A DNA stretch of 64,000 nt from an uncultured delta proteobacterium (GTDB taxonomy: Bacteria > Desulfobacterota > Binatia > UBA9968). The notes below the pieces were generated by a model. The model saw only the letters and a program-made list of their open reading frames with translations. It did not search any database and was not told the DNA's origin. Both the position numbers and the translations under genes were made by a program. The stretch lies in contig CAVUZH010000014.1 in assembly GCA_963745835.1 (NCBI GenBank), positions 544,001 to 608,000 of the forward strand, in the 5' to 3' direction. Every line of letters starts with the position of its first letter. The stretch's first letter is position 1. Shown in pieces: positions 53,278 to 61,342 of this stretch.

Positions 53278-54274
53278 TTAAGGCTTTTTGTTTTTAAGAT
53301 TGTCGATGAAACCGCGCTCGTCGAGTTCTTTGATAAATTGGCTGTCGATGAAATCCTCCGGCTTTGCCTCTTTAGCTTTGGGATTGTCCGCCACCAGCGA
53401 GTCAATTACGGTCTTGAGGCCCGGTTGCGACGGATACTGCTTTGCCGGAAACGTGTGCTCCGTGACTGAAGCGTCGTAACTCTTCTCGAGCAGTTCCTGA
53501 TCGGACGTGCCACCCATGTATTTTGCCTAGGACCTTGAGCCCGGTGGCTCGTTCGCTTTTCATCAGATGTACAGCCTCGATTTGTGACTTGACGTATCGT
53601 CTCACCACCTCGGGCTTATCGTTGATGAATTTCCGCGTCGTCACCACGCCATTATTTTGAAACGGCAATGTGCCCAAGTCGGCCAGCACATTGAAACCTT
53701 CTCGCTGAGCTACGAAGGTCGTGGGCGGATTGAGCAAAGTCGCTTGTATTTTTCCGCTCCTAAGAGCGATCAAGCGTTCAGGCGTGCCGCCGATGACGAT
53801 CACGGAAGTGTCTTTACCAGGCACGAGTCCAAGTTTTCTCAAAACAAGCTGGGTGGCTGTGGCTGAAGCCCCGGTAAGTCCGGAGACGCCTAACAGCCCG
53901 CCTTTAAGCTGCTCTGCCGATTTGATATCGCGTTGGCTCATGAGCCAATATTCAAAGCCGACGTATCCGGCAGCGACGTAGACGGTGCCGAAGCCTCTCA
54001 GGTTACTCTGTACGACTGCCGGAGCAGCGCCTTGAATCATATTCAGCTCTCCCGAAAGCAGCGCCATCACCGAAGTCGCAGCCTGGGCGCGAATCAGCTG
54101 AACATCCAAACCATTTCTGCTAAAGATCCCGGTTTCTTTCGCAACCCACACCGGAAGTTGCGTCGGACCCACGCCGGTATAGCTGACCGTGACCTTGAGC
54201 GCTTGCCCGGCAGCGGTTGAAACGGCACTAAAGAAGCCGATGACACAGATTAAATTAAAGATAACCCATTGCAC
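53278..54274 (-). pseudogene. NMT1/SsuA-like substrate-binding protein, frameshifted near 53520
   Basis: LPVWVAKETGIFSRNGLDV, GGTPERLIAL; C-terminus KPEDFIDSQFIKELD in the adjacent frame. Confidence 0.8.
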
Positions 54275-54322
54275 CGTTGCGTCTCCTCACTTAGATAACC
54301 AACGACATGACACGAGTTCGGC

Positions 54323-55105
54323 TCAGACCGCCCACCCTTCTTCTGATAACTCTAAATGAGTTCCATCAGGATCTTTTAGCGACATCGTCTTGTAGGGACC
54401 CTCAAATACGGTCGCGCTCGATGGCCAGCGGCGCCTCGCCTTTGTAGGTCAGACCCGCGCGCCTCTTTCAATCGCTCCTCGACCTGCTCAATGCTGTTCA
54501 CTTGAAATCCTAATACCTGAAGGCCTTCGCGCGGCACCGGCGGGTTCATGATCAAGCCCAGATTGATGGTGCCGTCCGAGAGATAGATTGCCCGGCTCTC
54601 GGTTCGCGGGTTATCCATTCTGTCGACTTCCTTCATGGAGAAAATATATTTATAAAACTCGGCGAGACGTTCGGGATTATTAGTTTTGATACCGACGTAT
54701 CTTACACCGGGAAGATTTTTATCATCCCTCGTTCCCCATCCTCGTTCCGCGACATCAACACCGTTGCCATCGGGATCCAGAATACGAACCTCGGTGTAAC
54801 GGCCATCGTTTGGCCTGGAACCCAAGCTGATTGGCGGATCGAGCTGACTAAGCTTGCTTTTTGATCTCATTGAGGCTATCGACTTTAAAACCAAAGTGGT
54901 TGATGCCGACATCTCTTTTTACTTCGGCGATCGTTTGATGGATTTGTAAGCAGTTGAGATTGAAATAGCCATCGGTCACGTAGAAGGCATACGGGCTGTT
55001 TTGCTCTTCATTCCAGACCTCCTCCATCCCCAAGATCAATTGATAGAACCGCGCAAGGCGACGGTTGTTATTGGTGCAATTGGCCATATGTCTTATCTCG
55101 GACAT
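54323..55105 (-). pseudogene. two-domain VOC-family protein with several frameshifts
   Basis: IRHMA...LARFY, GINHFGFKV, DPDGNGVDV, LSDGTINL, KDPDGTHLELSEEGW; GGAGG RBS. Confidence 0.72.
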
Positions 55106-55172
55106 TTTTTACCTCCCGATCACTTCAGGCTTGTAAGTTTATAAAATTTACGGCGTCGTTAATTTCAGCCCG

Positions 55173-55247
55173 ACATTACGTTAGCGCGAACGATGCCGTC
55201 AAGACCACTACGCATGTTTGACTATTGGATCAGCTCGGAACTATGAT
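55173..55247. promoter_or_regulatory. divergent sigma-70-like promoters
   Basis: minus TTGACG-N18-TAATGT (55173-55202); plus TTGACT-N18-TATGAT (55218-55247). Confidence 0.45.
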
Positions 55248-55315
55248 CTGGCACTACCGCTCGAACAACCGTGCTGGCGTAATCTCATCAGCACGATGTA
55301 GAAGGTAAAGCTCGA

Positions 55316-56260
55316 ATGAAAAGAAAACTGCTCATTACTATCTCGCTGCTGTTTATTTCTGCCAAACTTACGAGCGCCGCCGAGCTGCAGGTCATCACCG
55401 TCGCGCTCGTCTCGCCGAGTTGGAGTACCGGGCTGCCAACGGCGGTCGCTCGGGGCGCCGGCTTCTTTAGAAATGAAGGCTTAGAGGTTCGGCCGGTGAC
55501 ACTCGCCAGCAGTGGCCCCATCATGATGGCTTTACTGATGAGCGGCCAGGCTGAAATGGTTATCGCCGGCGGCGTCGCGATTTTGCGGGGCATTGCCCGA
55601 GGCGCACCTGTCGTCGTCGTTGGCGGACATCTGAGCAGGATGAGCTATGCGTTGATCGGCGCCAAGGGTTTGAAGACTGTGGACGACCTCAAGGGCAAGG
55701 CGATAGGAATTACCGGCATCGGCGGCATAGGGGAATTTGCCGTTGTCGAATCGCTTAAGCGAAACGGGTTGGTCAAGGACCGTGACTTCACCCTGCTCAA
55801 TATAGAGGGAGGCACGGCAGCAAGGATGGCGGCCCTCAAGGCCGGCAAGGTGCACGCAGTGCCGGTGACACCAGGGCAGCGAGTACAGGCTGAGAATGAC
55901 GGATTTACGATTATTCTTGATGTGAGAGATTCGCTTGCGGATCTTCCGTCGAACATTGTCGCGTCGACGAAAGAGTTTGCCAAGTCCAACCCGGACAAAA
56001 CGATTCGCTTTCTAAGGGCTCTCGGCAGGGCTGTAGATTTAATTCGGCAGGATAAGGATAAGGCGATAGCGCTGGGCAAGACTAATGGCTTGCGTGGAGA
56101 CGCAGCGATGGAACGAAAAGCGCTCGATTATTATGTTCAGGATCTGGACATCCGCATCAACAAAAACAATGTCGAGGCTCTGTTGAAATTGCTTGACATC
56201 GCGGATCCTCCTGAAAAATTCTTCGATGATACTTATCTAAGCCGAGCCCTTGCTCGATAA
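55316..56260 (+). CDS. ABC-type substrate-binding protein (NMT1/SsuA-like)
   Basis: signal peptide, GFFRNEGLEV, DDLKGKAIG, GGTAARMAAL. Confidence 0.85.
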   Translation: MKRKLLITISLLFISAKLTSAAELQVITVALVSPSWSTGLPTAVARGAGFFRNEGLEVRPVTLASSGPIMMALLMSGQAEMVIAGGVAILRGIARGAPVVVVGGHLSRMSYALIGAKGLKTVDDLKGKAIGITGIGGIGEFAVVESLKRNGLVKDRDFTLLNIEGGTAARMAALKAGKVHAVPVTPGQRVQAENDGFTIILDVRDSLADLPSNIVASTKEFAKSNPDKTIRFLRALGRAVDLIRQDKDKAIALGKTNGLRGDAAMERKALDYYVQDLDIRINKNNVEALLKLLDIADPPEKFFDDTYLSRALAR

Positions 56261-56308
56261 TAGACGAAGACAATATAAATTTTCTAACTTCTACTGAGGG
56301 GGTGGCTC

Positions 56309-56923
56309 ATGGACACTAAGCAGCTTTTGGAAGTTTCTCCTGAAAACACCGGCCTAATCATCGTTGACATGCAATCCGAAGGTTGCGAACGACATGGGCC
56401 GACTCTAAAGCCGGTTATCAAAAATATCCGAGCTCTTCTAGATAGGTTTCGGCAAGCAAACGGAAACATTATTCACGTTCAGTCGGTTCGGGCTAAAGAT
56501 CATCCGGAATTTACGGTTTTCGGGAAGGATTATTCTTTGATCGAAAATACCCCGGCGGTCGAGTTCGTTGACGAGTTAAAGCCGCTACAGAATGAGATCG
56601 TGGTGCAGAAGTTCTCGCACGACTGCTTTTATCGGACCACCATGGAAGATGAGCTTAGAAGGATCGACCTTCGCCCTTGCAGAGACCGCATCGTTGTAAC
56701 GGGCATTGGTTCAAACAACTGTGTTTATCACGCCGTTATCGGATTTCATATTAGAAATTACTTCGTGATTGTCCCGGAGGATTGTATTCACGCCAGCCGT
56801 CCCGAAGGCCAACAGTTTGCCTTGAGTCAGTTCCGGTCGCCTGCCTACAACTTCAACGTAACGGTCACGCGGTCGGAAAATATCAAAATTGCCGGCGGCG
56901 TCAAACAGAGAGCCTTGGGCTAG
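56309..56923 (+). CDS. isochorismatase-family cysteine hydrolase
   Basis: LIIVDMQ, KFSHDCF, TGIGSNNCV (D-K-C triad). Confidence 0.85.
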   Translation: MDTKQLLEVSPENTGLIIVDMQSEGCERHGPTLKPVIKNIRALLDRFRQANGNIIHVQSVRAKDHPEFTVFGKDYSLIENTPAVEFVDELKPLQNEIVVQKFSHDCFYRTTMEDELRRIDLRPCRDRIVVTGIGSNNCVYHAVIGFHIRNYFVIVPEDCIHASRPEGQQFALSQFRSPAYNFNVTVTRSENIKIAGGVKQRALG

Positions 56924-57000
56924 CCAATTCCGGGCGAGCCGCGTCATTGACACCCATCGAAGCCGCGATTTCAAAGAATAGGTTTCACGTCGGCCGTGAA

Positions 57001-58014
57001 CTATTTGATGTAGCCTTCTTTCACCAGTTGATCGATCAAACTCGAATCGATGAATGATCCGGGATCGGCTGCGGCTGCTTTCGGCGTCGTCTTCTTGATT
57101 GCTTCTATTGTGCTGTGAATCCCTTCAGCTTTAGGTCTAGGAATTCGATCGACCCATTTCGCGTAGGCCTGATAGGCATACTCCGCGTCTGACCGATCGA
57201 TTGCCAAAAATTCAGTTAAATAGGCGACGCTTTTCTCTTTCTGCTCAAAGTAAAATTTCATCGCGTCAGCTATGGCGCGAGTAAATCTCAAAACCGCATC
57301 ACGGTTTGTTTTCAGATAAGATCTCTGCACCCATTCACCATTGTTCTGCCATGGAATGCCGAGCTCCGGCAGCGAAATCAATGGACGAAAGCCGCGTTTC
57401 TCCGCAATTCGGTCAAACGGAGGCGCAAGCGGGCCAAACTGCACGTCGCCTCTTTCCATCTGGGCAATGATGTTAGCGGGATCGGGCCTGGCGATTTGAA
57501 CTAGCCTCACGTCCTTCTCTGGATCGAGTCCAAGCTTTGTGAGCGCGAACCTCAGGGCGACGTCAGGGATGGCGCCGAAGGGCGCGCCGACGTGACCGAC
57601 TTTGCCTTTGAGATCCTGCGGAGTTTTGATGTCCTGTTGCACCATCACCGTATAAGGAAAAACATTGACCCAGGAAGAAACCAGAACGAATCCCGGAGCT
57701 CCTTCCGCCGTCGCAGTGACAAATGCAGCTGCTCCGGAACCGGTTGACATTTGCATAGTGCCGCCAAGCATGGCCTGAACTGCGGCTGTTGTATTGGTCG
57801 CTACGATGTTCACATCGAGCCCATGCTTGAGGTAAAACTTTTCCTTTTGAGCAATAAAATACAAGCTTGTTCCAGGGTTTATGCCTGTTTGTCCAACGGT
57901 AAGCGTTACGTTCTGTGCGACTGGGTTCTCTAATAAGGACGGAACTACCAGAAGTTCAATTACGAGGGAGACGACTAGGAGTGAATAGAAGCGAAAACGT
58001 GCTGCGGACTTCAT
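57001..58014 (-). CDS. ABC-type substrate-binding protein (NMT1/SsuA-like)
   Basis: FYLKHGLDV, QDLKGK, LGLDPEKDV, FIDSSLIDQLVKEG. Confidence 0.85.
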   Translation of the reverse strand: MKSAARFRFYSLLVVSLVIELLVVPSLLENPVAQNVTLTVGQTGINPGTSLYFIAQKEKFYLKHGLDVNIVATNTTAAVQAMLGGTMQMSTGSGAAAFVTATAEGAPGFVLVSSWVNVFPYTVMVQQDIKTPQDLKGKVGHVGAPFGAIPDVALRFALTKLGLDPEKDVRLVQIARPDPANIIAQMERGDVQFGPLAPPFDRIAEKRGFRPLISLPELGIPWQNNGEWVQRSYLKTNRDAVLRFTRAIADAMKFYFEQKEKSVAYLTEFLAIDRSDAEYAYQAYAKWVDRIPRPKAEGIHSTIEAIKKTTPKAAAADPGSFIDSSLIDQLVKEGYIK

Positions 58015-58142
58015 CGAGAAATCTCCTTAGAGCACATGATCTGTAAACCTCGGCGGCATTCTTCCTGGGAATCTCTTACCGGCGATAATCGATTGTTTGG
58101 GTAAGGGACAAATTAAGATGTATCTGTCCAGCGGCGGCAAAC

Positions 58143-59027
58143 TCATTTAGCGCCTTCGTCCAGTTCGTGCCCTTCGTAGTTGGATCGCCACCACGAGGCC
58201 AGTTCATCATGGGTCGTGAAAATCGCTCCGGGAAATTGCTGCGCGTACGACAGAAAGTCGTCTAGGGCTTTAGCTCTCGATGGACGGCCGGTGATGAAAT
58301 CATGCACCGTCAACGGCAGCATGAGCGGTCTTTCGCTGCCGCTCTCGTAGAGCGCATCAAACCACGCCTTCATAGCCCGCAAGGTAAACTCGGGTGGATT
58401 GCAATCCCAGGTGTTTGAGGAGTTAGGCGGCTGCGGACTTGTGATGCGCACCGACAACGACGAATCGGCATCGTAGATGAAAGGAATTTCGACAATGTCC
58501 CGTCCATGCCCCTGGATAATATAGGGCTTGTCATCATTGCGACGGCTGCAATCCCAGTCGAAATGAAAATGTTCGAGAAGTATATCGAGGGTGTTATGGC
58601 TCGGAAAGCAGGTCCGCCAACCTTTTAGCTGTTCACCGATCACATCCTGAAATGCTGCAACTGTTTTTTTGATGACCTGAAGCTCCGCTTGGGGCGGCAA
58701 GTTGCACATGAATTCATGATGGTAGCCATGCCCCGCTATGCAATGCCCCGCAGCTTTGGCAGCTCGTGAAATCTGTGGATAGCGCCTGGCAGTCGCGCCG
58801 CAGATAAACCAGGTGGCTTTAATCTCATGCTTCGCGAGAACTTCAAGGAGCCGCCAAGCACCCCGACGTCCGCCATATTGCCGTTCACTGAAATCGAACG
58901 GGTCCGGTTGGCCATCAGGCAGCGGGCACGGAGCTTCCTCGGATTGGTGATGCACGCTTACCATGATCGGCAAGCGAACGCCCGCCGGCCATCGGGCTTT
59001 GCGCTCAGGGTGTTTTTCTTTCCACAT
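58143..59027 (-). CDS. polysaccharide deacetylase family protein (PuuE-like)
   Basis: RWPAG, QYGGRRGAWRLL, AGHGYHH, DDKPY, LTVHDFITGRP; start uncertain. Confidence 0.82.
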   Translation of the reverse strand: MWKEKHPERKARWPAGVRLPIMVSVHHQSEEAPCPLPDGQPDPFDFSERQYGGRRGAWRLLEVLAKHEIKATWFICGATARRYPQISRAAKAAGHCIAGHGYHHEFMCNLPPQAELQVIKKTVAAFQDVIGEQLKGWRTCFPSHNTLDILLEHFHFDWDCSRRNDDKPYIIQGHGRDIVEIPFIYDADSSLSVRITSPQPPNSSNTWDCNPPEFTLRAMKAWFDALYESGSERPLMLPLTVHDFITGRPSRAKALDDFLSYAQQFPGAIFTTHDELASWWRSNYEGHELDEGAK

Positions 59028-59880
59028 CGAATTCTCTATTAACCGGTAGTTCCTCATTGGGTTCCAGCAGCTGTGCCAGATCACAACAGCGGGCAAACCA
59101 GATGTCGGGGAGCGACGAGAGACGCTCGAGAAATTTTGTCAAAGTTCTAAGAACTACCGGACGGCCGCTAGCCCACGTTTGCAAGCTCAATATGAAAAAC
59201 CTTGGAGCGCGTTGACTCTCTTCATACAAGAGAGCGAACTCGCTATCCCATGCGTTGGCCAGTCCATCCGGTCCTCCGCGCTGCGGCGGAGGGTCGCCGA
59301 CGAAGGCCTTATCGGCGGTCGAAGTGGTAAATGGAATCTCGACTATGCGATGGCTTCCACACTCTAGCAGGTAAGGTAAGTCATCATTGAGAAGGCTGCT
59401 GTCCCATAAAAATCCCTCCTCGGCAAGAATGTCGTGCGTTTGTGGGCTTACCCGGTAATCCGGGCAACGCCAACCTTGGATTCGCGTGCCGGTCACATCT
59501 TCCAGAACAGCAGCGGTCCGACGCACGATGGACCTTTCCCGTTCGGCGCTAGACGTGTGGATACTCTCAAAATTAAAGCCCATTCCGGCGATTTCATGTT
59601 TCGCTTGCTCAACCGCACGGGCGGTTTCGGGATAATTCTGAGCCGTCAAACCCGAAAACAAGAAGGTAGCCCTGACAGAATATTTTTCCAGTGCTTCGAG
59701 GATATTCCAAATTCCTTGACGCGCGCCGTATTGCATAATGTCGCTCGAGCGATAATTAGGCCGATTACCTGGCATGGATAAAGCGCCCTCACCCGCTTGA
59801 TGCTCGAAAGTGAGAACCACGGGTAGAGAAATTCCATTAGGCCATGCAAAGTCCCGGGCGCGTTTGATTTCTTCTAACAT
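59005..59880 (-). CDS. polysaccharide deacetylase family protein (degenerate metal motif)
   Basis: AWPNG, QYGARQGIWNIL, HEIAGMG, GWRCP, WDSSLLNDDLPY, SGRP. Confidence 0.8.
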   Translation of the reverse strand: MLEEIKRARDFAWPNGISLPVVLTFEHQAGEGALSMPGNRPNYRSSDIMQYGARQGIWNILEALEKYSVRATFLFSGLTAQNYPETARAVEQAKHEIAGMGFNFESIHTSSAERERSIVRRTAAVLEDVTGTRIQGWRCPDYRVSPQTHDILAEEGFLWDSSLLNDDLPYLLECGSHRIVEIPFTTSTADKAFVGDPPPQRGGPDGLANAWDSEFALLYEESQRAPRFFILSLQTWASGRPVVLRTLTKFLERLSSLPDIWFARCCDLAQLLEPNEELPVNREFDVERKTP

Positions 59881-60295
59881 TCATCCTCTCAATGGCTTGA
59901 ATTACCTCGTGATCTCCATTTTCTGTGCGTTCCATGCAACGATCATCAAACTTGAACCTGCCGGTCTCAGCATCGATAGAAGGGACTTTTATACGGATGC
60001 TTTAAAACTCGCAACGAGAAACAGCGATTTTCTAGAGCAGCGGATGCGCATCAACCAACATCAACTACACGCATGATTTAATATGAACTCTCCGCTCTCG
60101 AACAAAAGTTTTGTCTGTTGTCGGTTCGATACTGACGGTAACCGAAGCCTGGATGAAATATTCTTGACGGCTACCTGCATTACTGAAAAGCAAAGGAAGA
60201 GATCCAATTTCGTGATCAGTGTGATGCCTGTGCATTGACTGGTCATCCCGGTGTCAGTATGGTTACCCGACGTACTTCACAGGAGGTTTCAAACA

Positions 60296-61339
60296 ATGCG
60301 CATAAGGCCGGCGTACCTGGCGATTTTCTTTCTATGGCTCGCTGCATTAAGCGACCAATCGATTTCACCTGCCGGTGCGCAGGAAGCTTTTTTTCAGGGC
60401 AAGACAATCCGCATCATCGTCGGTTTTTCCGCCGGTGGCGGTTTCGATGTTTACTCCAGGACGACTGCTCGACACATGGGCAAACATATTGCCGGATCAC
60501 CCTCTGTCCTGGTCGAAAACATGCCAGGCGCCGGAAGCATGATCGCCGCCAATCATCTCTATAATCAAGCGAAGCCGGATGGACTTACCATTGGAAATTG
60601 GATCGGCGGCCTGATTCTTCAGCAAGCTCTCGGTGCCAAAGGCATTGCTTTCGACGCCGCGAAGTTCGAATGGATCGGCGCTCCGGTACGGATCAATAAT
60701 GCCTGCCTGCTGGCGCGCAAGAGCGGTATCACCAGCTTGCAGCAGTGGATGGAATCGAAAACCTTGGTGAAAATCGGCGCCGAGGCAGCGGGCTCCACCA
60801 CCTCGGATATCCCGCGGCTCCTGATGAAGTACACCCAACTTCCTTTACAATTGATCGAAGGCTACAAAGGAGTTGCCGATGTTCGCATCGCCACTGAGGC
60901 CGGTGAGGTGGCGGGTTTTTGTTCAAGTTGGGAAGGAACCAAAACATCGTGGCGCAGCGTGCTGGAAAGCAAGGAAGCTTCGGTGATACTGCAGGCGGTT
61001 CCGCAACCGCACGCCGACCACCCCAAGGCGCCGCTGGCCATTGATCAGATCAAGTCCAGGGAGGGGCGCGAACTTTTTAAACTTGTGGTTCACGACATCG
61101 GCGGAACCATCAATCGGCTCTATGCATTGCCGCCCGGCACCCCAAAGGAGCGTGTGAAGATTTTGCAGAAGGCATTTCAGGATACCATGAAGGATCCCGA
61201 GTTCTTGGCGGAGGCAAAGAAAGTCAGGCTGGATATCGACCCTTTAAGCGGCGAAGAAATCGAAAAAACCGTAGCTGGAGTTAAAAACATCCCTGCCGCA
61301 AGCCTGACGACACTGAGAGACATCCTACTGCCGAAGTAG
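60296..61339 (+). CDS. Bug/TctC-family substrate-binding protein
   Basis: AGGAGG RBS; FFQGKTIRIIVGFSAGGGFD, NMPGAG, KPDGLTIG, AFQDTMKDPEF. Confidence 0.9.
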   Translation: MRIRPAYLAIFFLWLAALSDQSISPAGAQEAFFQGKTIRIIVGFSAGGGFDVYSRTTARHMGKHIAGSPSVLVENMPGAGSMIAANHLYNQAKPDGLTIGNWIGGLILQQALGAKGIAFDAAKFEWIGAPVRINNACLLARKSGITSLQQWMESKTLVKIGAEAAGSTTSDIPRLLMKYTQLPLQLIEGYKGVADVRIATEAGEVAGFCSSWEGTKTSWRSVLESKEASVILQAVPQPHADHPKAPLAIDQIKSREGRELFKLVVHDIGGTINRLYALPPGTPKERVKILQKAFQDTMKDPEFLAEAKKVRLDIDPLSGEEIEKTVAGVKNIPAASLTTLRDILLPK

Positions 61340-61342
61340 CCG

